From the NCBI GenBank assembly GCA_963667845.2, contig CAXXVL010000001.1, forward strand, positions 672,001 to 736,000: a stretch of 64,000 nt of DNA, written 5' to 3'. Below, piece after piece: positions 55,279 through 64,000 of the stretch. How positions within the stretch are numbered: the stretch's first letter is position 1; the number at the start of each line of letters is the position of its first letter. A program made the translations under genes and the position numbers. The notes below the pieces were generated by a model, which saw nothing but the letters and a program-made list of their open reading frames with translations, made no database searches and was not told where the DNA came from. The stretch comes from Smithellaceae bacterium (GTDB lineage: Bacteria > Desulfobacterota > Syntrophia > Syntrophales > Smithellaceae).

Positions 55279-57840
55279 ATGTTTCACTATTTTATCCGTT
55301 ATGTTCACCTGTACCTGTTGGCGGGATGCCTGATGGGCGCGTGGGGTTGCGCGAGGATGATGGACGTGATGCCCGCGCCGCCCGGCGTTCAGGCCCGCGT
55401 CGAACTGAACGGTCCTTATGATGCAGACATCCCTGTTCGGGAAATCAATCAGATCAAAAACGCCGGCGTGATGCAGGATTGGGCCATTCCCTACATTTTC
55501 ATGCGCGTCGGAATGCATTTCGAAGCCGCGGGCGATTCCATACGATCCATTCATTTCTTCAACCGCGCAAGCGATGAATTTCAGAAACGGAACAATGCGC
55601 TCGGAGAAGCATCCGCCCAGAGCAGCAAAATATCGGCTCTGGTCCATTTCGGCAACTATCGGGCGGCTTACCTTGTCATTGAGGCCCTGGACAAAAAATG
55701 GTCTCATGCCCCATTGACCGCCTTTGTCTTATTCAACTACGGTTATTATCATCTGAAAAGCGGCAATTACGCCAAGGCGCGCACATACTTCGAACAAGCC
55801 CTCGCGGCCAATGCGACAGAAGCGAAGGACCCCCACCTGCTGGCGCTGCGGCGCGACAGTGAACTGGGGTATGCCATGACCCTGATTGCGGCCGATTCCT
55901 TTTCGGCTGTGGCCGGCAGGCTTTGCTTTGCGGATTTTGATGCAGTCTTTTATCAGGACATCCGCCGCAATGCAGCCGAAGGTCTGTCGCGGCTGGATCA
56001 GGTATCCGAATTAAACACTACGCTGCGCAATACAAAAGTTTATCTATATTTCTCGGAGATCTCCCCTGCGAATATCGAATGCGATGTGTTCAATTATCGG
56101 GGTCTGGCCCTGGGTCTTATGGGCAGAGCGGCCGAGGCCGTCCAAAACATCGAAAAGGCGATGATCGTTGCCCGGAGCACGAACTATCACCTCGGTGAAG
56201 CCGACGGCGTGCTTTTCCTCAATCAGGTGTATCTCCTTGATAAAAATCATTGGGAAGGAATAAGGGCCGCAACCGCTCTTGCCGAAATCGCTGATCGGTA
56301 CCGGATGGTGACGTATGCGATTTGGGCGCACATGATGCTGGCCCATCATCATAAAGCCACGGGTGATGTCGACCGGACGATGATCTCCCTGGACAGGGCC
56401 CTGGTGTTGATGGAAGAGAATGGTTCGTGGCTCATGCAGGATAAGGATTTTCGGGGGATCGGTCATTTCAAACGCCAGGAAATTTATGAAGCACTCCTCG
56501 AACTTGCCGCCGCAAAAGGCGATGAGCGCAGAGCTTTCCAAACGGCTGAACGGTCCAAGGCGGCCGCGCTCGCCGACCGGCTGTCCGGAGATGTCGTGGG
56601 CAAGACGCCCGACGTGTCGGAGAATATCAAGCAGATTCTTTTTTACCGTGAACAATTGGCGGAGTATTACCAGGGACTGTTATCTTCGTTCAACGGAGAC
56701 GTGGTCTTCAGGGATTTGATTGCCAAAATAGATAAGGCACGAAGCGCTTATCAGCAACTGAACCGCAGGATTAAAGAAAAGGACGGAGCCCTGTATTCAT
56801 TGATCGGTGTTGTTCCGCCGACGGTCGATGATCTGCAGCGCATCCTGGACAATAACACCACTCTTTTTACATTTTATGTCGGCCGGGAGCATCTCTATAT
56901 CTGGGCGGTCAGTCAAAGCGGATTCCGCCAGGAAAAAATCGGCTTATCGCGGCGCGCCGTGGAACAGCTGGTATCCGCTTACATGAGCGCTCTGGGATCA
57001 AAAGACAAGAGCCATTCCGACGTCCGGGCGGAGCAGATGTACGAAACATTTTTAAAACCCGTTATTCCCTTCGTTTCCGGCGACCGTGTAGGCTTTGTGC
57101 CCCACGGGGTGCTGTGCAATCTTCCGTTTGCGGCGATGCGCTATGTGAAGTCTTATCTGGTGGACGGGTTTACGATTTTTTACCTGCCCCATACCGGCCT
57201 TGTCAGGCAGCAACCGCCGCCCAAACCGGTTTTGAACGAAAAGACGGCGATCATCATTGCCGATGCCCGGTGCGTTTACAAGAAACAGTCTTCAGTATCC
57301 GCCGAAGATGAAGTGAATGCAGTGAAGAAAATATTTCCGCGGGCCGAATACATTGTGAAAGATGACGCATTAAGAGACGACTGGCGAATGTACGCCGGCA
57401 CTTACGATGCCATCCACTTGATCGCGGATCATTGTTTGATGGAAGCGGCGGCATCCGATTACAGCCCGTCTTTACGGGCGGCCCGGTGGCGCGATGGTTG
57501 TCCCGGTACGCGCGATATCTTCCGTCTCGGGTTGCACGGCAATGCGACCGTCTTAAGTGTCTGCCGGGGAGAAAAAATGCCGGCGCTCCGGGGAGAGGGC
57601 AGGCCGGCCTGGACCGGCGCATGGCTTTACGCCGTGAGTCCGCAGATCGTAACTCAGCTCTGGGAGGTCGAGGACAAGACCAAAACGGTCTTGATGGGAA
57701 TGTTTTACAGTCATTTTAAGAAGAGCGGCGATGCTGCCGAGGCATTGAGAGAGGCGCAAAACGGGATGATTCGGATGCGCTATGGGGCATCCGACTGGGC
57801 GGCATTCATCTTAACCGGCCAGGCGGCGTCAAAGGAATAA
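55279..57840 (+). CDS. TPR-CHAT domain lipoprotein
   Basis: Lipobox AWGC; TPR-like helices; AF.TAERSKA, PHGVL.NLPFAA, LSVC, LWEVED, ALREAQ, WAAF.L.G; start uncertain (55249/55279). Confidence 0.82.
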   Translation: MFHYFIRYVHLYLLAGCLMGAWGCARMMDVMPAPPGVQARVELNGPYDADIPVREINQIKNAGVMQDWAIPYIFMRVGMHFEAAGDSIRSIHFFNRASDEFQKRNNALGEASAQSSKISALVHFGNYRAAYLVIEALDKKWSHAPLTAFVLFNYGYYHLKSGNYAKARTYFEQALAANATEAKDPHLLALRRDSELGYAMTLIAADSFSAVAGRLCFADFDAVFYQDIRRNAAEGLSRLDQVSELNTTLRNTKVYLYFSEISPANIECDVFNYRGLALGLMGRAAEAVQNIEKAMIVARSTNYHLGEADGVLFLNQVYLLDKNHWEGIRAATALAEIADRYRMVTYAIWAHMMLAHHHKATGDVDRTMISLDRALVLMEENGSWLMQDKDFRGIGHFKRQEIYEALLELAAAKGDERRAFQTAERSKAAALADRLSGDVVGKTPDVSENIKQILFYREQLAEYYQGLLSSFNGDVVFRDLIAKIDKARSAYQQLNRRIKEKDGALYSLIGVVPPTVDDLQRILDNNTTLFTFYVGREHLYIWAVSQSGFRQEKIGLSRRAVEQLVSAYMSALGSKDKSHSDVRAEQMYETFLKPVIPFVSGDRVGFVPHGVLCNLPFAAMRYVKSYLVDGFTIFYLPHTGLVRQQPPPKPVLNEKTAIIIADARCVYKKQSSVSAEDEVNAVKKIFPRAEYIVKDDALRDDWRMYAGTYDAIHLIADHCLMEAAASDYSPSLRAARWRDGCPGTRDIFRLGLHGNATVLSVCRGEKMPALRGEGRPAWTGAWLYAVSPQIVTQLWEVEDKTKTVLMGMFYSHFKKSGDAAEALREAQNGMIRMRYGASDWAAFILTGQAASKE

Positions 57841-58147
57841 AAGGCTTGGGCCCGATAGCACAGGCCGCTTCGGGAACGATCAGACTTTGTCACGCTATTC
57901 AGGATCAGATAGAGCCATAGGGCCGGGTAAATGTCCCGGAATCATCGGACGGCGGGAAAGGATGCTGCCTTTCGATGCAGGCAAGATGAATCGTCAACGC
58001 CGTGAGAGTGAGCAAAGCATTTTTCTTGCGTGAATGTTGTTTATCTGTTAGAAAAACTTCATCCAATGAAGTGGCAACTTGTGCTGCGGAAACCGGCTTC
58101 ACGGACATCCGCAAACAGGTATTTCAATTCTTTTCCGGGAGCGGATC

Positions 58148-58987
58148 ATGCAAGACGACGCACCGACAAAATCATCACGGGTTGCAAACGATTATTTAAT
58201 GGAAAGCGATGAAGAGGCTGTCCGTCTGGATATCAAAACGGATCCGGACGCCTTGCGCCGGCAGGCCCTCTGGTGCGGCGTCAGGCCGGGCATGCGTGTT
58301 TTGGACTGCTGCTGCGGCTCGGGGAAAACCACATCACTGCTTTACGATCTGATACAGCCCGGGGGCAGCATTGTGGGCATCGATTTTTCCGAACAGCGGC
58401 TATCCTATGCGCAGGAACATTACGGCGGCAGGAAAGGCATCGTGTTTCGCCCTCAAAATCTCTGTGAGACAATGGATGATCTCGGCAAATTCGATCTCAT
58501 CTGGGTCCGGTTTGTCCTGGAATATTTTAAAAAGGAAGCGTTGGATATTGTCGGGAATCTCAAGCGATGTCTGAAGCCCGGCGGGACGCTGTGTCTGATC
58601 GACCTCGATTATAATTGCCTTACGCATTATGACGTGCCGGCGCCGCTTGCGGCGGCGCTTTCCGCGATCATGGACTCGCTGGACAGGCAAAATAATTTTG
58701 ACATCTTTATCGGGCGTAAACTCTATTCTTTCCTGTATGACAATGGCTTTCAGAATATTGAAGTAGAACTGATGGCCCACAATTTGTTGTATGGGAACAT
58801 CCGAGACAGGGATAAATTTAACTGGACAAAAAAAATGGAAGTGGCGGCCAAAATATCAAAAGCCGTCGTTGACGGATACCCGGGAGGACCCCAGCAGTTT
58901 TATTTAGACGTCGACCATTTTATTGGGGATCCCCGGCGCTTCAGCTACACACCCTTATTGCTCTGCAAAGGGTCCGTTCCGGAATGA
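58148..58987 (+). CDS. Class I SAM-dependent methyltransferase
   Basis: GMRVLDCCCGSG, VGIDFS, FDLIWVRFVLEY, LKPGG. Confidence 0.88.
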   Translation: MQDDAPTKSSRVANDYLMESDEEAVRLDIKTDPDALRRQALWCGVRPGMRVLDCCCGSGKTTSLLYDLIQPGGSIVGIDFSEQRLSYAQEHYGGRKGIVFRPQNLCETMDDLGKFDLIWVRFVLEYFKKEALDIVGNLKRCLKPGGTLCLIDLDYNCLTHYDVPAPLAAALSAIMDSLDRQNNFDIFIGRKLYSFLYDNGFQNIEVELMAHNLLYGNIRDRDKFNWTKKMEVAAKISKAVVDGYPGGPQQFYLDVDHFIGDPRRFSYTPLLLCKGSVPE

Positions 58988-61836
58988 TTCTGCCCGTCAA
59001 TAATCTTCCGGATGGAGCTCAATAAGTCTTCCGGGCGATAGGGTTTGTGAATAAATCCGGCTGCTCCGGCGAGGGTCAGATCTTCCGTTTGCTGGCCGTT
59101 TGCATAGCCGCTGGTCATCAGGACTCTGACGTCCGGCTTGATCGAACGCAAATCGTGCAGACATTTTTTGCCGCCGCCGCCCGGCATAATAAGATCCAGG
59201 ATAACCAGATCGATTCCGCCTTTGAGCCGGTCAAAGATTTCTACGGCCTCCTCGCCGCTTTCCGCCGTGATGATCCGATAGCCGTACAACTTTAATGTAT
59301 CTTCGACGGTCTCCAGAATATTCTTCTCGTCATCAACCAGCAGAATGCTTTCCGTACCGTAGGCGTTAAGTTTCGGCAGTTCCTGGTCCTTCTTCGCTTC
59401 TCCTCCCTTCGCTTTCGCCGGGAGGATGATGTCGAAGGTTGTTCCCTTGTCGGGCTCGCTCTCACAGTGAATAAATCCGTCGTGATTCTTGATAATGCCC
59501 TGGACGACCGAGAGGCCCAGGCCGGTGCCTTTGCCGGGTCCCTTGGTGGTGAAAAAAGGTTCAAAAATCCGTTTGATCAGCTCCCCGTCCATTCCGCATC
59601 CTGTGTCTGCCACGGAAAGAAGGACATAGGTTCCAGGCGTGATCTGAGTGCCTCCCATGGCGGTTCTTTCCTGCAGGATCAGATTTTTGGTTGTGATCGT
59701 AATCATGCCGCTGTCTCCCATGGCATCGCGGGCATTGATGACAAGATTCATGATGACCTGTCCGATCTGTGTGGCGTCCGCCGTAATGGAGAAGATGTCT
59801 TCGCAGAGATCGGTCTGGATTTCGATCATTTTGGGGATCGATTTGCTCAGCAGGTTGTGGATGCTTTTGATCTCTTTATTGATGTCGACCGCATTGGACA
59901 GCGGTTCCACTTTTTTACTGAAGAGAAGCAGTTGCCGAACCAGTTCGCGTGAACGGGTAATCAATTCGCCGATGCTGTTGAGGTAAGGCATATCGGCTTC
60001 ATTACCGAGCCGGCCGGAAAGCATGAGCTGATTGTATCCCATAATCGCTTGGATGATATTGTTGAAATCATGAGCGATGCCCCCGGTTAAAGTGCCCAGG
60101 GCCTCCATTTTGGAGGCCTGGAGCAATTGCGCTTCCATGCTGCGCAGTGTTGAAATGTCCTTAATCGTTCCGACGATGCCGATGACTTTCCCTTCCGCGT
60201 CGAGGTCGGGTGCGGCGCTGAGGGTAATATAGCGCGGTAATCCCTTGGAATTGGAAATGGTCAAATACTTGTCTCTGACCCGCAATTGATCCTTCAAGAT
60301 GCTTTGCAGCACGTCTGCGAAAACATTTTGATCCTCCTGGCGCAGAAAATCGGACAGGCATTTGCCCTGAAGGCCGGCCTGACTGTGTCCGAAAATTTCC
60401 TCCCAGGCCGAATTGACGTACTTAAATCTGCCGCTCTCATCCAGTTGATAGATAATATCGGGGGAATTATCACTGAGATTGCGGAAGCGTTCTTCGCTCT
60501 CCAGGACCCGTTTGTGCGTTCGCGCGTTGCTCAGGCTGATGCCGATCTGCTGCGCGACGCCGACGAGCAGGCTCACGTCGCTCTGGGTTGGGCTATTCAC
60601 CGTGCCGCTGATATCAACAGACAGAACGCCTTCCGTTTCACCCTTAAAAACAATCGGGACACAGATAAACGCTTTGATGCCGAGGTCTCTGATCAGTTTG
60701 TAGCTCCTTTCCGACAGATTCGTCTCGGCGTGCTCCACGCCATCGACGAGAAAGGGTTTCTGATTTATAAAGGCCTGATAAAAATAACCCTTGGACTGCG
60801 GATTGGTAAGACTGAAGCTCAGATTTCTCAAGAGGGCCGCTTCATGCGGCGTATAACCATGACCTGAGCTGAATATGAGCTTTGTTCTTTCGGGATTGGC
60901 CAGCATGACCATACTGCGGTCAAACAGCAACCTTTTATGCAGAGCATCTGTTATAAAATTCAATAGCTCCTGCGGGTCCAGAATGCTGGACACCGCTTCG
61001 CCGATTTCGCGAATCAGGAGGGATTCGTTGTATCGCAGATTGATTTGTGCAACAAGTTCATCCGTCGCCTGACCCTGTTGCTGGAGATTCACCGCCATTT
61101 CCCGGCTTCGGAGGAACGAGCCGAACAGCAGAACCATCACGGACATCAGGAGCGCGGACAGGGTTGTGACGAGCCAATGGCTTGTGGGCAGGAAATAGAA
61201 AAGCGGAAAGGAGGCGAGCGCGGTGAGCGCCAGCAGGTAGTAGCCGATACGTCTCCAGATCATGGATCGCGGTGACTTCCAGGAAATGATGTAGCGGCAG
61301 TGCCAGTCGCCGTGATGCAGACATTCCGGGTGTTCCACGGTCGCGAATTCACCGGTGAATATTTCAGCAACGGCTTCAAACATGCCCAGGCGATTCTGAC
61401 ATTGAAAGAGTTCTTCTTTGACACCGGGGTTGGGCGTGGCGATGATCTCAATTTTGTTATCGGACAGGCTTTTGCTTTTAATGGAAAGGTGACGGCTCAG
61501 ATTCGTGGCGATCTTTTCGACGGCCCAGTAAGCCATGGCCGGCGATAGAAATCCGACAACGGACTGACGCAGAATACTGGAAACAGATGATTTGGGAGAG
61601 CCCATATACCGGCCCGCCTGTTTGGCAACTTCAGGGTTGTTGGTGGCGCGACTCGCATATTCGTGAAAGAGGTTGACTTGCTGCTGCGTCAACCAGTGTC
61701 CTTTGTCTTCGATTTCATAATTGGTGATCCCTGCATAAGACAGCAGTTCCTTGAAATTCAGATCCGGATAATCTTTCTCCAGGTATTCGAGATAGGTTTT
61801 AATGATCATGCTGTTGTATAAAGGTTTGTCAATCAT
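58945..61836 (-). CDS. Hybrid sensor histidine kinase (V4R-like N-domain, 2 TM, GAF, PAS, HisKA, HATPase, REC)
   Basis: [61 protein letters not shown]. Confidence 0.92.
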   Translation of the reverse strand: MIDKPLYNSMIIKTYLEYLEKDYPDLNFKELLSYAGITNYEIEDKGHWLTQQQVNLFHEYASRATNNPEVAKQAGRYMGSPKSSVSSILRQSVVGFLSPAMAYWAVEKIATNLSRHLSIKSKSLSDNKIEIIATPNPGVKEELFQCQNRLGMFEAVAEIFTGEFATVEHPECLHHGDWHCRYIISWKSPRSMIWRRIGYYLLALTALASFPLFYFLPTSHWLVTTLSALLMSVMVLLFGSFLRSREMAVNLQQQGQATDELVAQINLRYNESLLIREIGEAVSSILDPQELLNFITDALHKRLLFDRSMVMLANPERTKLIFSSGHGYTPHEAALLRNLSFSLTNPQSKGYFYQAFINQKPFLVDGVEHAETNLSERSYKLIRDLGIKAFICVPIVFKGETEGVLSVDISGTVNSPTQSDVSLLVGVAQQIGISLSNARTHKRVLESEERFRNLSDNSPDIIYQLDESGRFKYVNSAWEEIFGHSQAGLQGKCLSDFLRQEDQNVFADVLQSILKDQLRVRDKYLTISNSKGLPRYITLSAAPDLDAEGKVIGIVGTIKDISTLRSMEAQLLQASKMEALGTLTGGIAHDFNNIIQAIMGYNQLMLSGRLGNEADMPYLNSIGELITRSRELVRQLLLFSKKVEPLSNAVDINKEIKSIHNLLSKSIPKMIEIQTDLCEDIFSITADATQIGQVIMNLVINARDAMGDSGMITITTKNLILQERTAMGGTQITPGTYVLLSVADTGCGMDGELIKRIFEPFFTTKGPGKGTGLGLSVVQGIIKNHDGFIHCESEPDKGTTFDIILPAKAKGGEAKKDQELPKLNAYGTESILLVDDEKNILETVEDTLKLYGYRIITAESGEEAVEIFDRLKGGIDLVILDLIMPGGGGKKCLHDLRSIKPDVRVLMTSGYANGQQTEDLTLAGAAGFIHKPYRPEDLLSSIRKIIDGQNHSGTDPLQSNKGV

Positions 61837-63911
61837 TGTTTGGCCGCGGTTCCATATCTCATTCTGAAGTTGAGGCGCATATATTCCGTATATTGTTCCG
61901 CATACGGATCCGTCTTCATGATCCAGAGCTGATAGCGCTTTGAGGTTTCAACACCCTGCGCGGGAAGGTAATCGGACGGATAGACGAGCAGTGGAATTTG
62001 ATCCGTTGCGAAATCTGCTCCCAGTTTGCGGAGAACCGGGAGAACGGTGTCCCACGGCAGTTGATCGTCGGCGACGAAAATCGAGATGCCGTTCAGGAGG
62101 TCCGACAGATTTAAACCGAGGTCGGAACGATTGACGATGAAGAAGGCCGCGGGTCTGCTATCAAGGCACAGGCAATACGTCCGGCAATTTCGTTCGAAGC
62201 CCGCGTCGTGAAATGCGGCTTCGAGGGTCGGCTCCGGCCGATGAAGACCGAATGCATCCATTACGAGACCGCCGGAGTGCGTTTCATAAAAATTCCTCAA
62301 CACGTCGAAGTCCTCGGGCAGGCAGGGGCGGACACTGTATCCTGCGGGCAAAGGCGCACAGACGGCTGAAGGGTCGAAATGTATGTACGAAAAGAGATCG
62401 AGGGAACTCGCTTTGGGATTATTCATTTGGCGGGCAAAGCCCCCGAAAATTTTGTCGACGACACGGTTATCCGGCCGGTAATAGGTCATCACGTAGCGGA
62501 TGCCGTATGCGTGGAAACGGTAGCACCCGTTCAGGTAGTGAATAATCTGCCTGAGGATCAATAAACCGGGAATTTTACTCTCTAGCGGCTTTGCCGAAAA
62601 GTGTTGAATCACCCACGAGGGTTCATAGGCGTGAACCATCGCAATGTGGCCGTAGATCTTGCCGTTTTTTTCGTAGGTAAAATGGCGGGCAATTTCGGGG
62701 TTGTCCTGATACAGCCGGCGATACGTTTCTTTAAATACGTTGCGGTAAGGGTAGAGGTGCTGATACTTTTCACCGTAAATAAATCCCGTATCAAAGAAGA
62801 ATTCCCAAAGAGCCTCCATGTCTACCGTGGTGGATACGTGAGCGCTGGGGTCCAGGTACGCCCCAACGAGGTGATTGAGCCGGCTGTAAGAGATGACGTC
62901 CATATCCGTGATGGCAAAACCGCTGTGAATGAGGTTCGTTTCCTGGTCCGGACGGCAGTAAACAACCTGCGCCGAACACTTCATTTCAATAATGCCCGCG
63001 TAATGGATGGACAGTTCAGGGATGATCATTCCCGCCATCAGCGTCTGCTCGGCCGGGGAATCTTGTATCGCGAACCCCGACGTGGAAATATCGAATACGT
63101 CTCGTTCAATGTGTTCGGGGAAAAAAGGATGCTGAAAACTGATGGTAAAAGAAGGCGCAATGTGGCGTCGCGGATTTCTGGTCATCCGTTTGGGAAACAC
63201 CCGGGCTTCCTCGTTCACCGGGGCGCAAACGAGTCTGCCCTCCCGCAGGTTCATTCCGTCGCGGATGCAGCGGCAGACGCCGGAATAAACTTTAGCGCTG
63301 TTTTGATACAAATCAATCCCGATGATTTCATCGGGGGGGGTAGACTCCAGTTTCTCTGCACCATCCGATAATTGAATGCTGAACGCATTGGGCGTGAAGT
63401 CGACCAACCGGCCGACATATCGTTTGTCATTCAAAATGACTTCACAGGCCGCATTGCAGCCGCGATGGCGTCTTGTCGAGCGCTTGGTCTTCACGAAGCC
63501 TTCATCGGGAAGTCCCACCGTGAGACTGTGCCCCTGCAGGTGGGTCGTTTTAACAGGCACCATAATGATGTCGAGACCGCGATCGATCATGAGAAAACTC
63601 GCCTGATAGTCGGCGAGTGCCGGTTCCGCGCCGTCAAAAACCAGATGGCAGGTGAGCTCTTTTCCCAGGCAGGGTTGCGGAAAAGCGTCCAGCACAATGT
63701 TTTGATTGCGATGCTGATCAAAAAAAATTATCGATAAGGTGCGATCCACGAAATTCAGATGATTGAGTTTATTGATTAGTTTGGACCGCGGGATCTTCTT
63801 TTCGGAGCCGGTCATGACGAGAAGGTCGTCATTGCGAAACAGCCTTGACGAAAGAAACGCATCGGGTTCCGGGGATAAGCCATTTGCCGGCGATTGACAA
63901 TCTTCGTTCAT
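61833..63911 (-). CDS. Tandem PilZ-domain protein with C-terminal GNAT-like region
   Basis: RSTRR..DFTPNA and RNPRR..DISTSG PilZ motifs; GNAT-like fold of the C-terminal half is inferred; GAGGAGG RBS; stop overlaps kinase ATG. Confidence 0.7.
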   Translation of the reverse strand: MNEDCQSPANGLSPEPDAFLSSRLFRNDDLLVMTGSEKKIPRSKLINKLNHLNFVDRTLSIIFFDQHRNQNIVLDAFPQPCLGKELTCHLVFDGAEPALADYQASFLMIDRGLDIIMVPVKTTHLQGHSLTVGLPDEGFVKTKRSTRRHRGCNAACEVILNDKRYVGRLVDFTPNAFSIQLSDGAEKLESTPPDEIIGIDLYQNSAKVYSGVCRCIRDGMNLREGRLVCAPVNEEARVFPKRMTRNPRRHIAPSFTISFQHPFFPEHIERDVFDISTSGFAIQDSPAEQTLMAGMIIPELSIHYAGIIEMKCSAQVVYCRPDQETNLIHSGFAITDMDVISYSRLNHLVGAYLDPSAHVSTTVDMEALWEFFFDTGFIYGEKYQHLYPYRNVFKETYRRLYQDNPEIARHFTYEKNGKIYGHIAMVHAYEPSWVIQHFSAKPLESKIPGLLILRQIIHYLNGCYRFHAYGIRYVMTYYRPDNRVVDKIFGGFARQMNNPKASSLDLFSYIHFDPSAVCAPLPAGYSVRPCLPEDFDVLRNFYETHSGGLVMDAFGLHRPEPTLEAAFHDAGFERNCRTYCLCLDSRPAAFFIVNRSDLGLNLSDLLNGISIFVADDQLPWDTVLPVLRKLGADFATDQIPLLVYPSDYLPAQGVETSKRYQLWIMKTDPYAEQYTEYMRLNFRMRYGTAAKQ

Positions 63912-64000
63912 GTCGCTTCCTCCTCATATCTGAGTCCGTTAATGATAACGAAGCTTGAAATTGGGCAACTCTGACTTATGCATGGCATGGCAATTTATAT

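Noticed and set aside
57905..58114. Short ORFs between the CHAT and methyltransferase genes
   Set aside because: No recognisable motif or RBS; treated as intergenic.

Overview
A 64-kb, gene-dense bacterial chromosomal segment. Gene content and order suggest a syntrophic Desulfobacterota such as Smithella/Syntrophus; this is inference, no search was run. Most of it is housekeeping: yebC-ruvCAB-queH, lpxC-DUF4390-ntrY-ntrX, dnaJ, purC, rsmB, fmt, priA, dksA, rsfS, tatD-queCED, a TPP riboswitch with thiN-thiD-thiC, a CCA-type nucleotidyltransferase and a two-gene SufC/SufB Fe-S system. Accessory blocks are a TetR-SDR-tandem ABC binding protein-CoA transferase cluster, a divergent GMP-synthase-B/HisF pair with no glutaminase gene, two tandem globin-like proteins, a DUF350-lipoprotein-GSP synthase triad and a TPR-CHAT lipoprotein. 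I found no rRNA, tRNA, CRISPR array or transposase, but several small repeat/MITE-like families are present. The two best leads are (1) a ~215-nt structured minus-strand RNA (11951-12165) upstream of an orphan GltD-like oxidoreductase, matching no riboswitch I recognise, and (2) a compact PilZ/GNAT-like protein + V4R-like hybrid sensor kinase + methyltransferase module (58148-63911) that may be an undescribed small-molecule signalling system. Smaller leads are an in-frame TGA at a Trp position, a probable ATT start codon, an acyltransferase remnant coupled to rsmB and a 61-aa histone-H1-like protein.
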